This document shows, in pieces, positions 21,547 to 34,800 of a stretch of 47,956 nt of DNA. This stretch comes from Phoronis australis (lineage: Eukaryota > Animalia > Phoronida), in the NCBI GenBank assembly GCA_002633005.1, contig NMRA01000288.1, forward strand, positions 23,776 to 71,731. The letters are read 5' to 3'. The position numbers and the translations under genes are program-made. The notes below the pieces were generated by a model. The model was not told the origin of the DNA. It saw only the letters and a program-made list of their open reading frames with translations, and searched no databases. Each line of letters begins with the position of its first letter. Position 1 is the stretch's first letter.

Positions 21547-24474
21547 TCATAGAAAATGACAACAACAAGTTCCGCGTGGTAGACCGTTGGCCAGAGTAAA
21601 GCAATCAAATTGTGTCAATGCATGGTTTTTATCCACCAATGAAGCAGGGCGCACTCTTAAAATTATCCCTGTCAAGGGATTCCTACGGTCTTGTGGGCTA
21701 CCAATTGTCATGTTACACTCTGGCGGTAGAAATGTAGCCAAACTCTCGTTGTGAAACAAGTTGTGACAAGTGATGAGCTCTCTGAGCCTGTGAATGAAGT
21801 TTATTTATATTTATTTGGACGTCAAAACGCCCCCTGCTGAACTTAAATACGGAGTCTCTTATTGATAATGTATGTGCTTCGATTTTCCAGTTGCAACTTT
21901 TAACCACGGTTGTCTAGATTTACTTGCAATAGACCTAGCCTAAACATGGGTCATTGCTTGCTCTTGAATCAACTTTTGCTGCACACTCTCTGGCACAAGA
22001 CTGAGTTTCAGCAAAGACGCTCTACGGTCTCTGGTTTCAGTAGAGAGTAAACCACGTGTGATCACGTGCCTCGCTTGTAGCTTAGCCTTGTCCCCAAAGC
22101 TCAGAATGGCGCTGATTGGTTCAACTTCGAGGCTAAGTTCTGCTCATACAACGATTGGCCGCTGCGTATCTTGAAGTCATTAAAACAAAATCAGGTTTTG
22201 ATTATTTTCACAGGTGTTGTTGCTGCCATTCATGAAGTAGAAGACATTGTTTTGGCTGTTGTTTGAAATGGTGGTTGTTGGCTTACTTGCTTTCAATTCG
22301 TTTTTACATTAACAGTATCACAGATATTACTCAAGTTCCAACAGAATCAAAATACACCATTTTTGCAGTAATTTAGACCTAAATTGCTGCAATATATAGC
22401 GATAGTTTTCATTTTTATATTATAGTGTCGAAAATTTCAAAAATGATGTTATAAGTGTATATTACTCATGATACTCTGGCGATTACCGTACAAATATGTC
22501 GTAATTCTGACACATTTCATTTCCCATGATAACCAAGCCTCTAATGGCTAAACCAATCAGCGCCATATTGAAGCTTGGAGACGAGGTTGCTTCTCACTAA
22601 GTCTTCAGTTGCGTGTTCTTGCGTTTTAGCTGGTCACTCTTGCGTCTACGGCCTGCCTGTCCTCATACATGTACCAAACCCTTCACGTTATCAACGTATT
22701 TCAATTCAAATTGGATGAGCTCCTATTTTTCAATGATAGTTGAAATGTTTAGTAAAAAGTTTTCAAACGGGCCGGGGGTTTGATGCTCAGTGTAGGCGTT
22801 TAGTCCGTGGCTTCTCTGGAAGGGTGAGCCGGTATCGGGGCCAATAGTAGTAGTTTGTATTAAAATATACATCGCCAAAGGATTAATTTAAGTTGCATTG
22901 AGTTAAACATGCTTGCATGCTTTAGACACATAGCGGATTCCGGCAGCTAAAAGCTGACGTAATTTGCATTTTGCAGCAGATTAATTGATAAATTAAGGCG
23001 GTGCTACCAGGGACTGTTCCTTGCTTGCAAGTAACTCAAAGCACTTCAGTCATTGCGAGAATTTTAATCGCTTGTGGAGCACAAACAGCTAGTAACTTGT
23101 ATCCCATTATTCATCATTCCAACCTCACGAACCACACTGTGGTAGGCTTGCAAGCTCTTGGAGATCACGTTTGCAAAACACTCACTTTTCATTTTCGTAA
23201 TTTTGTCGCGCCTGTTCTCAATGGAACGCATCCCGGGCTGGTCAGGTGTGGTCGTTGAAGTTACATATGTCAGTCAAGCATTCCGTGCTAGTCCTGACGT
23301 AAAGCATACCCTTCCATGGGAGTTTGAATCTAACACAAGCAACTTTTTTGCGAAAGTTTAGCAACGAGCAACGAGATTAGCAAGTGCCTGTGGCATCAAT
23401 GCTATTAAAATGAGTCAAAATGAGAGGTCATATAATTTACAAGCCTTGACTAAGTAGAACTGGCTCGAGTTAGAAATATAAAGCTACAATCCATTCCCTT
23501 TTGCGACCTACGGTAAACATTGAAATCACCACAAATGTGTCTCAACGTTTCTTTTGGCTAAGATAGCCTTTGGTTTCAAACGGCCCTATTTTGGATGGGT
23601 TGGCGAACCTCGTTAAACCATGCGTGATGGCTTTTTGACAATCATTTTACTCCGACGCTGACACCCTGAATGATGTTTTTGGCTGGTGTGAAGGTTTGGA
23701 GCATCGTCTGTGTTCTTCAGAGAGTACATATAAATTAGTACGTTCGCCGTCGTCGCACGTATACAGGCTACATGGCCGAGTAATTTCTCGAGAGTAAACT
23801 AGTAACATCTCACGGTTGCAACATGGCTGGACCAGTGCAAGGAAAAGAAAATCTTCAAAGTACGATTGCATATCACGAGAGATATTTGGCGTTTGCTGCC
23901 CTTCGAATGTGCCCAGATATAATGCTTCGAGTCTAGCGCTTTCTGGGCTTAGCTCCAGTTATTTTACATTGTAATTTCCGTTATTAAAGTTAAAAAGAAA
24001 ATGCGCAAGCCGTTTTACCATTGCCGCTGTCAATGATCGCACAGCTCACCCATTGTTTCCCGTTACAGGAACTTCCATATACCGTCGATTCTGTTACGAA
24101 AATCAACCGCTAGTCCGGAAGAATTTGTTTCCTGTAGGCCAAGTCGAATCACAAATGAGACACACGGAAACACTACCGGTTGAACTCAACCTTTCGAGCA
24201 TGCGTAAGCCAGACAGCTTCAGCATAAATATGCATTCCAAATGGTACATTTTGAGTGATCCTGCTGATCCACGACTTAACAAAATGCCACCAATTTCTCT
24301 CGGCGAGGGACCGACCTTACAGGGGAATGATGATAGTACCAGTGTAAATTTCTCTAACGGCAATTCTTCAGGAATCGATGACAGTAAGTCTTGAAACAAA
24401 AGATGGCAATGTTTATACTTGGAGGCTGTATGGAGCATGAAATTATTACCGGGTATAAGGTACATATTGTGCAC
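21547..24474 (-). pseudogene. Possible decayed death-effector-domain (DED)-like gene
   Basis: Segments FQDLLSSIPEEL..., YFEDFLFL..., PFENFLLNISTIIEK*EL...LKY and, after removing a MITE, LSEKLQARHVITRG...DRRASLLKL; in-frame stops; last exon-like block ends CCCHFL*. Confidence 0.35.
22083..22590. mobile_element. ~510-bp MITE with imperfect ~40-bp inverted ends
   Basis: tagccttgtccccaaagctcagaatggcgctgattggtt vs aaccaatcagcgccatattgaagcttggagacgaggttg. Confidence 0.65.
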
Positions 24475-25836
24475 GTCCAGGCATTACTCGTGGCGGCCCA
24501 CTACCTTCGTCACACAGAGTGCGCGGGAAGCCTGAGCGCTTTTATATTATCGCTTTCGTCTTCGTTTTTGTCATAGGTATGGGACAGGGACTTAATTCAG
24601 AAATTTGGTACACTCCCACTACACTTTCTGAAAAAGAAGTAAATCTCACGAGCGTGAAAGTGCAAATCTGAGAAGAAACACTTAACTTATAGTTTGAAAT
24701 AATTTTTAAAATTTATTTCCAGACTGACTGTGACGCGCTGTAGATCACTTGGGTAAATCTTTTTTTCAGAAACCGTGAAGTTGGAGCAGACCCTTGCACT
24801 GAAATTAGGTACGTAGCTCAAAAGATCTGGACCCGGCGTCTAGTCTTTGTACTCGAAATCTAACTCGAATTGTTGGCGCCATTTTCCGTTTAGCTACGAT
24901 TTCAAGACAAGTATTTGTGCTGGCTTCTTTAGATGAGTTTCTGGTCCAAGTTAGCACTTGATTACCTTTAGATTCGAGCAAAACTTCAATCAGAATTTCA
25001 GACTCAGACCTATTAGCTTTAATGCTGGTGTCACCAGGCCGGTGCCAACCAGGATGTTAGAGTCAACCACCACAAAATCGAGAACTTAATTATACATACC
25101 TATCTTGAGTTTGCATTAAAGAAGAACGATTTCAAGCAAAAAGTTTAGACCCTGGGCCCTAAATAGCTCGTTCTCGTTGTCATAAGTCTCTCAAAAACAA
25201 CATGACACTGGGAGCTACGATTTTTTGTATTTGTTAATCAGTTTGGTAAAAGTATCTTAATTATCTGTAAATATAAATAGCCAAAGAACAGCAGAAGAGA
25301 CTAAGTATTCACACGTAAATTTGCACTCTTTGAATTGAAGGAAAATTTTGTTTAATGAAAAATAATTCATGGAGTTCGATTGGCCAAAAACACAGGAAGA
25401 TTAGAGACCTGCCTACTTGCGGCACTGAGTCACCTCTAACACGTTGTCGCCGGGAGTTGTTAGTTTTATCCCGTACTTTTAAAGCCATATTCTGGGCTCC
25501 TCGATGTTTTGGGAAATGTTAAGATATAAAAATCATTTAAATACTTGGATGCATTTTTTTAAAATAATATAATGGTTTATCTTATTATCCAATATTCTGG
25601 TAATATTTTCACTGCCTATTTTATCAAGTGTTGTTCTTCATAAAAAGTCATTGTGTAGCTGAAGGTCAACTATACACAATTTCGGGACCATTACTGACTG
25701 GGAGTTTCAGTCTCGAGCCACGAGCATTTTTACTAATTAGGTTCGATTCAACCTGTTTGAGTACTTACGTACTTGATGTCAGCATGGAGCTAAATGCGAA
25801 ATTCTTTTCGCACTAAAGAAGAACAGGCCTTATTTC

Positions 25837-28800
25837 ATGTTGTCACAGAGGATATTGAGTAAGTCACTGGTACTATATTCATGTACATACATCCCACAGT
25901 GCAGGCAAGAGCAACTTTATTTATGAAACAAGAAAAACATTATCGGGAAGGGCGAGGGGCAAATTTTGGCTATTTTCTGAAAGTAAATGCTGAATTACTG
26001 CTTAGCTGAAAGGGAACTAATTTATCCACAGAATGTTTTCAGTTTCATTCTATGACATATTTTAAGGCTAATTTATTGTGGTTTCAAAACGTTGACTTCT
26101 ACGGAGCTTTTAAAGACCATGATGTGAAAAAAAATAATTTTCATGACTTTTACGTTCCTTTGCAAAAGTTGCGCTCCTTCAGGATTTTTTGCGCAGGAAT
26201 AAGGGACCACGATAGTCTGCTGTTGCGTAAACGTTGTAGTTTTATCTGTTCTGGGCATGTTCGTCTTGAGTTTCATTTTTCAGAGCTCGAATGAAACTCA
26301 AATTACAGAAGTGAAAAACGAACATCATAATCGGTAATGTAATTTTTTAAGAGTTCCAACTGGAAGGGAGATTGTATTGCCGTTGTAAGTTCTTCAAACC
26401 AAACAAAAGAAACAAGAGAAAAAGAAGCTCCGACGACAGAGACACGGTGAGTAGCGAAATCTGTAGTCGGGGTGCGAGGAGATTCTGCTGTCATGTACCT
26501 GCCTTTCAAGTTTCATGTTGATTTTCAATATTTTTACAATATGAAATTCGTGTTTAAGTGGGGAATTTTCAACGATTCGTGAAAGAGCTTGGGCTTTTTT
26601 GACGACTTACCCCCTGTTCACGCATAAAATGCTGCTACACCCAAACCCCCTCCTCACTTCGCCTATGAGTATCTGTACGTGAAAATCGACATACTGATTC
26701 ATATACCGATGGTTAATAAGCACCTATTTGTAACCGATACTCTTTCGATTTCGGTACAGTATTGATAATAATATACTTTTTCGATGCATACCCCGAATAC
26801 TTTCGGAATTTGATACCGTCATTCTTTCGATACCGATAGCACCTACAAAAACAACACAGGGGCGTTGATGTGCGCCTCCTGAATACCCCCACAAACGGCA
26901 CATAGATACAAGTGGCTCAAACATTTCTGCCGGATTAATTTGAGCCGGTGTGTTTAAATTAAGATATCCTCTACGGACACAGTGCTTAATTGTCATCCGA
27001 AACTTGAGACTATTGGCTGTGTAGAGTTGCGGATCGGTCTGTCAGGTCTGATCTTTTCAATCGCTTGGCATATAGTCCATGGTAGCTATTAACTTTGAAT
27101 TTTTTACTTAAATGAATCGTTATAAAATGATAAAGACTTCACATGTACTCAGTGTTCAAAGGCTGGCGCAACACACGCGCAATGTTGGAAGATAAGACTA
27201 TGCAAATTCTTTCATGTACACCAAAAGCTACAAAAGCAGAATCGAAATGATCTTAATCATCAAAAACTTGTTCTACAGGCCATTCATAAAATCGCAGCTA
27301 TAAGTATAGAAGAGTCTAAGATTTGTGATAAGAACTGAACGTAGGCCAACAAAATCAGTTATGTACTGTTCACGAACGACAGAGACAACAGGAGCAAAGG
27401 TGGTTTCATGGTGCTAAGTTCTTAGTGTGGTAAACAAGACGCACCTAGGTTATAAATGATCTTTGATTTTGAATAAGAAAAGTGAAATGCAGCTCAATAA
27501 AAAAATACAAAATATTTGCTTTCAAACAAACCCACAGGTACGATCATTTCGTTTTATATGGCCTTCTTACAGACTGCCTACCATGGTAACAGCAGCGGCA
27601 ACTCTATAAAAAGGATGACTCCTACTGATACTTCAAAAAACCAAACGAATGGTTTCATGTATGATGTGTGTACAGAAGAAGACAGCGCCGTGAAGACACT
27701 TCGGTATCCAAGGAACATGTGTGAACGTCTTGCAAATCTGAACTAATCGTTCAAAAATTGTGTACACTAAAATCTAGAGCGTTCTGCTAAATTCAGTTCA
27801 AAGCCGAAAAATTGTTGCTGCAGTTTAATTCTTGATCATCTGTTTTTAATATGATGGCATGTGCGTGTGTCCGTGCGTGCGTGCATGCGAACATGGGCGC
27901 GCGAGCGTGTGTGTGTGCACGCGCGTGTGTGTGTGTGTGCGCGCACGCGCGCGTCTCTCTGTGTGTGTGCAAACACGGGGCGAAATAATGATGATTAATA
28001 TACTTGAACGTTTGTAGACGTGAGGCCACTTTGAGATCCCAGGACAATGAAACCTCCATGCAACAAAAAGAGGAGATTGCGCTGGTAAGTAAATGTATTG
28101 GTTATGTAGGACACTAAAACGACCTGCCCCAATTAATGGCGCATAGATGGAAAGACTAAAATCTAATTTCACATGCTTTCTTCTTCCATAAAATATATAA
28201 ATTACTAAATTAAAATCCATAGTTTTGTAGCTGCCGGCATTTTCCGTAGATAAGCCCACCCGATGAAAGGCACATGGGCGCCCATAGGAAAATTTTGCCG
28301 AATAAATACCCATGAGTGTTTATTTGGTGTTTCAACTTCTTGTGTCAAGTGTCCAAATAGTGAGGCGTTTATTTGGAAAATTTCCTCGTATTAGCTCATT
28401 CATCGTCAAATTTTTGTCACAAATTCAGTTTGGATCATTTATCAATACGAGCAAGGTGCTGATGAACTATGCATTTATTTACGTAAAATTTAAAAACACA
28501 GTTTTAAGTAATAAATTTCAAAGTCACCAAAACTATGACTTTCCGTTTAAAAGACCCCCTTTTCCGAATAAACACTGGTGCGTTTATTTGGATTAGAAAT
28601 CAAGACCTTAGCCGTCGTTGTCCGAGGCATTTCTATTGCATTTAAACCACATACGGTAAGTGTATGAGTATCGGGACTGATCAAGTCAACGGCTGACAGA
28701 CAGCAACGAGACTTTGCGATTTGTATTAAAGCAACGAAAACATTTTTTTATTTTATAGTCCTGGTTTACCAAATGCAAAAGGCTTCCCAATTGTGTGTTT

Positions 28801-31800
28801 CTCGGCCCTAAAACCGAGATTGTTTCTTTAACCGACCACTTTTTTGTTATTGCACAGTATCGTATTCTTTCAGGCTGAGAGAAGAGATGAAAAAACGATT
28901 TGTCAATGCATTCGTAAGTCTTTCATGGTAGAACATTTTTGATTTTGTATTGGTGCCCACAATACGCATGAATTTGGGATTATAGTACTAGAAGGCAACA
29001 TTAAGCTCTTTTCGCATCGCTTACCAGTGCAGCAAAGGTTGCAGTAAATAGTTATTTACCATTGACTTTCTCATCACCCAGTTGTGTTCCACATAATAAT
29101 GGCTCATGTTTTGTTGGTAAATCCTTTAGGATTGACTCTCATGTTGACACTGAAACTAGCACTACCACCAGTGAAAATGTATACCATAAGAACTGCATGT
29201 CTTATGGATTATCCAAGTGAGGAATGTGTGGTGATTTTTAAGGACAATGTTAAGGTTGTCAAGCCAGGTGATAGATAGTGGATGTCATTACTCGTTATAA
29301 GAACATAGTATCATGTACATGACTTGGAATTTTCCTCTTTTAAGAAAGTTTCCTCTTTTTTGGTTTCAATTTTCTCTTATTTATTTATTCCATTTCCCCT
29401 TTTTTGTCATTATTTTGACTTTTTTCATGCAAAAGCATTTATCTCAGTTAAATTTTACAACACAAAAAAATATTTCTATCACACACTGCAAGCCTATTTA
29501 TTTGTGGAACGATACATCACCCAGAAAATTTTCATCTTTTTTGTCATTGAACAGCTATGCATGTAACCTCGGTATGGAAACAAACCCATGTCACATGGAT
29601 GAATGTTTCCGTCCTAAGTATTGTGAATAGCTTTACATTGGACTCACGGTATGCTAATTTCTCGACGATTACCCAATCATGCATTTGCAAGGTGGGTACA
29701 ATTCAAACCCATTTATCACATCAGCCTGGCTGGAAAACAATTGGGAAAGAAGCTGTAAATACACCACTGTGTGCCATGTAGAGAGTTGTGTTTTTAATCA
29801 GGTTCGTGGACAGAAGTGAAAGTGAGACATGACTAAACTTGTTCTGGGAACTTACTAATCCTTCTGGATAGATGGTTTAGTGAGATGTACACTATCTGTT
29901 GTTCAAAATGCCAAACGCCAAAATCATACATTTCTGCCATGGACCTGCTCTGCAACCAGTCTCAACTGAAAAGGGTATAAGAATGTTCTCATGCTTTTAA
30001 ATCACGTTTTTGTGACATAGGTGCTACTTTATGGCTCAGTGGTTTTTGCTGCTTGTAGTAATTTCTGAAGAGATCGAACTTTATGTTAAATTTAGCGATG
30101 GAGATGTTGTGTTTTATAGATAAAAGAAACGCATTGTGCATCGATGTCGTGCGCTGTGATCAAGTGGACTGGGGCTGTGGTGCAATATACGATATCAATA
30201 ACATAGAAGATGTGCACCACGATGAGCGCAATAAATCAGAGTCTACCCACGTCATGACGTTTTCTGAAGACAAAATCCAAATGGCAGCTACTGCAGACAC
30301 GATCGGATCTAATGGTGTGTGGTTTTGTATAGTTTCACTCAGCTTATGGTCCAATTGAATTTCTGAGGTTGTATCAGGCAAACATTTTTATGCACCCACA
30401 TATTTACATGTACGTATTTGTGGGTTCATATTGCCGTCGTCTCTGTCTGGGCATCCGAGAATCCGTTGTCTGGCATTTGCAGCTGTATCTCCTAAACTGG
30501 ATGAGATCTGGTAGACGTGTTTCTATGAAGTTGACGACAGATAACGACAAATTTCGGACCTCTCTAACTACTGGTGTGCCCCGCTTAGTGGCAATTTTAG
30601 TTTTGTGCGTTTACCTCAGTCAGTATCTTCAAAGGTCGTGAACTAGATTTTCATGAATTGTTGCACAGAGACATCTATTTTGACGCTATCTGCCTGTTTT
30701 CATATGGATTCAAAGTATTTTGCACTACCTAGAGGCCATTTTTACTGTTTTCGAATCTGTGTTTTGGTGTGCGCCCATAAGTGAACCAAACCACTCTAAG
30801 GATGATTGTGAAAATTGGCATATATGTTCTGAAGAGGACGGCTGATGATCACTTCGACTACTGTGGCGCCTCCTAGTGGCAGTTTTGTTTTTTTCGCTCA
30901 CATATCTCACAAACACACTGCAGGTTTTTTATGAAATTTAGCAAGTGTATTAATATATGAAGTTGTCAACAAAGGAAGACGACTTTCAGATGGATCTGAT
31001 GAACACTGTATCCCCCAGTAGCAATTTCATTTTTTCCATTTTCCTCTGTTTCTCTAAAATTCCTTGAGGGATTATTATAAAATTTTCAAATTGGTAAATA
31101 GCTTCCTATTAAACAAGCGATAACATGTTCTCGTTTCGGGATGGTTTGATGTATTTTGCGCCATCTATTGGCCATTCTTACTGTTTTCTAGCCTGTTTTT
31201 GGCATCCACGCCTCTGTCAACCAAACCACTGTATGCATAACGGGGAATTGTCGTGAGGACTTGACTGGGACCTCAGGGGTCTTACACTCCACCGGTTTAT
31301 CTACACTAATTTGAAAAAGGCCGAGATAATTCAAGTCCTGTTTCTTCAGGCAGCTCTTATCACCAAGCCATCGGCTTCATCGGCTTCTGTGATCCCAGAC
31401 CGTCCGGAGTTGCCCCATTAACAACAATAGACGGTCTCTCACTAAGATTTAACGTTATTGAGGAAAATTAATTGGTGTTTATGTTTTTACTAGCTCTGAA
31501 GAGGATGGCTGATGATGATTATCGGACCACTCGAACTACCGTGGCACCTCCTAGTGGCAATGTTATGCATCAATGCTGTATCTCTCAAACCTTCTGGAGG
31601 ATTTTTTATCAAATTTGGCAAGAGTATTTAATATAATGAAGTTGACAATGACGGCTTTTTAATGGAACCGAGTACCGCTGTGCTACCCATAGTGGTAGTT
31701 CTCCCATTGTTCTCTGTATCTTTGAAACTCGGTAAATATTTGTGGAGAATTTAACACATAAATGTATGTTAAGGAGACGACGATGCCTTCTCATCATTGG

Positions 31801-34800
31801 ACAGATTTGACGTATTTTGCGCCACTATGTAGCCATTTTAACATCTCTTGCGAACGTTTTTGACACCCTCTTCATCCACCAAACTGTTTAAAGGATCATT
31901 ACTAAAATTTGGAGATGTGTTCCTGATGAGAAAACCAAGGCTGACGTTGATTTTTTTGATGTGTTTAACTACTCTGCCCCCGCTGTTGGCAATTTTATTT
32001 TTTGCGTCCGCAGCTGTATCTCCTTACCCTTTACGATCTTCCTAAAATTTAGCTGTTGTTTTCCTATGGAGATGGCAACAGCTGATAACGTAGAGTTTCA
32101 GAACAATCCAACTGCAGCTGTGCTCCCGAAATGAAATTTTATTTTTTATGTGTTACTTGATGCTGTTTCATGAAATTGGGCAAACAAAATTCTCTCATGA
32201 AGATGACATCATCTTTCCTTTTTGTTATGGATTGAACGTATTCTGCCCAACTAGTGGCCATTTTAATTGTTTTTGGTCTGTTTTTTGCCTTCTGCCTCTG
32301 TATCTGCCAAATTACTCGCATGATCACTATGAAAATTGGCAGACGTATTCTTACTGACAAGAGCATGACTGACACAACTGATCCAACTACTGTGGTGCCC
32401 CCTAGTGACATCTTACGCATCAAAGGCTGTATCTCCTAAGCCCAATGCAAGGTGCTTTTGAGCAGTTGTATTTCTATTAACTTGACAGTTAATGGATGGA
32501 TTCGTCTACTGCTGCGGCTCCTAATGGCAGTTTTTTTAAGTTTGCCTTTGTATCTTTGGAGTTCTTTGACGGATTTTCATAAAATTTGGCAAATGATTTT
32601 GAGAGACAACGACACCATCTCATTTTTATGATACTAATAAACACCCCTAGGAGCACACCGTTTGCAGTGCATTCATGGATGCATTTCAACACTCCGCATT
32701 GCTGTTGTTTGCAGCTAGTATTGTATTTATTGTGGCCAACATGATGAATTTCATGGGGACCGAATACTCAGTTTCAAAGAGCTCTTCTTGAATACATGAA
32801 GTATTTTTACAGCAGTATCCATTTGTAAGGATTGAAATACTGAATATTTAATCTGCTTTTCTCTAACCAGGGCTAGTTGCATGGTTTGGAATGATTCTCC
32901 ATCTCTGGTGGCATATAAAGCGCTGTTGAGCTCATGTTAACCTTAAGACATCAAACTTCACTCAAGTGCTAATTGCTTTAATTTAATTCCCCCCCAGTGA
33001 CAAAAAATTGAGTTGAAGACTTTATGTTTTTGTGGTAAATACTGGGGTCGGAATGAAGCTCGTAGGTGAATAGTTTAGGCCCAGGGACTTAATAAACCAC
33101 TTCATTACTTTTTCATCTTACAGAATCATTCTTTGTTGATCACTATAGTGGCCTGAATAATTCGGATGGCTCAATCGTATTTATCTGTACTATTCGTGTG
33201 CATCACAAGTCTAACGAGTCACGTAACGATCGATTTCTGATGTGTGCCGACAACAAAGAGGTGACGTTGAAAGTGAGTAGTACTTGTAACACTTGACGTG
33301 AACTCAAAGACTTGTTAAAAATTATATCTAGACAATATCCAGAGAATGATTGAGGGAGCTTGAGGCATCTTCAAACACAGTCATACGACAGGGACGCACT
33401 GCCACCATTGGATTTTCATACAGTGTATGTACATGTATTTGACTATGGTCACCGTAGTGCTCCCTGTTGACCATTTCAGTTTGTGTCAAGATAGTTCTTG
33501 TTGATCAACTTTTGGTAAAAAACGGCAGGTTTTGGTGAAAATTGACACAAGTTCATGATGGCGATGCAGTGTCACTACAGTAAAATCTTTCGAACTTACA
33601 TGTAGGGCACAATATGGTGGACAAGTGAAATTTTATTTTCTCATTTTTCATAAAAAGTATTGAGCGTCATATTAATGCTGAACTCTTGGTTTATTTGACT
33701 CCAACTGTGTTATCCAGAACTCCTTGGGTATTTTGCAAACCTCAAATATCCTCTCGGAGGTGCAATCCTTTCTGCACATGTGCAAACTTTAAGAGAGTGC
33801 CTGATGATGTTAGTGCATGAGATTTTAGTGCTCTTCAGAACTCGAAGCAGTAACAAGTTTGAATTCCATCTCCCGAAGTTTAACTTGTCTTGATTTTGGA
33901 AACTTAATACAAAGCGTATGAAATGTTGGGAGGTCGGTTTTACAAGCAAATTGAAACATTTGACTTAAAAAGATGTTCATCGATTTTGTAATACAAGTTT
34001 GAATAGATTTTGGAGAACACTGAACTTTTCGACCTACAGTATGGTGATGCCATGATATTTGACTTACCGTTTCTTGAACAAATGCTTTCGCTGTTATCAT
34101 TGAAGTGCACACATAAAGCATCTCTGATGGGAAAAAGAGTCTACAAAAATACCCGAGGTGTTCCAAATGCTGTTGTGGCTGACGTCAATGGAGGAGTGGC
34201 CGATTGGGTGACCTAAAAAACAAAATGCAGCTTTCTCTGTCCAGTTACGTTATAGATAAGTGTTTCTCCATACTGTAGCAGCGGTTATTATTGAGTCATG
34301 GTGCTCTGACTGGTCACTTGGTTTACTTTCATTTTAGAAAGCTAAATTCCACAAAGATCACGTCAATCTGAAAAAGCAAAAATCCATGCTGTTTCAACTG
34401 AGAAGTTGGAATTACGTAACCTTCTTTGAGTCGTTGTCTTATTTGGGTAAGTGATTGTGAAGGAAATCCTCGCAGTTATAGTTAAATTTTATTGATATTT
34501 CTTGTTGAGATCATGAAAATGACATGGAATGCTTAAGACGTTTTATGTATTTCAAACACAACAGCTAGCTGTCAATGTATTTTATGCGTACTTGTTCTTG
34601 ACATCATAATAGACAAACGACAAGCACTTCAGAAGGGCTGAGAATTTCGGTAATCTAGTAATGAGTCATACGGCACCTAGCTAGTCGCATAAAACGTGGT
34701 TTTGTCACTCTAATCAACTCTTTAAAGTCGTAGCCAGGTAATTGCCTCACGATGACGTTGCTTATTTAGTCTGAAGTATTAGTTCCCTTGAATTTATGTT

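Noticed and set aside
22190-22295. Minus-strand NNVFYFMNGSNNTC as a RHIM-like motif
   Set aside because: Lies inside the 22083-22590 MITE and lacks the (I/V)Q(I/V)G core.
23158-23361. ORF containing WSG and WEFES
   Set aside because: Motifs are far apart, there are no matching splice sites, and it does not align with the A/C exon.
29130-29821. Alternative small exons 29130-29216 and 29802-29821 for gene C
   Set aside because: Weaker splice sites than the 28874-28913 exon, which already joins 30120 in frame; they need a phase-2 upstream partner. Cannot be excluded as minor isoforms.
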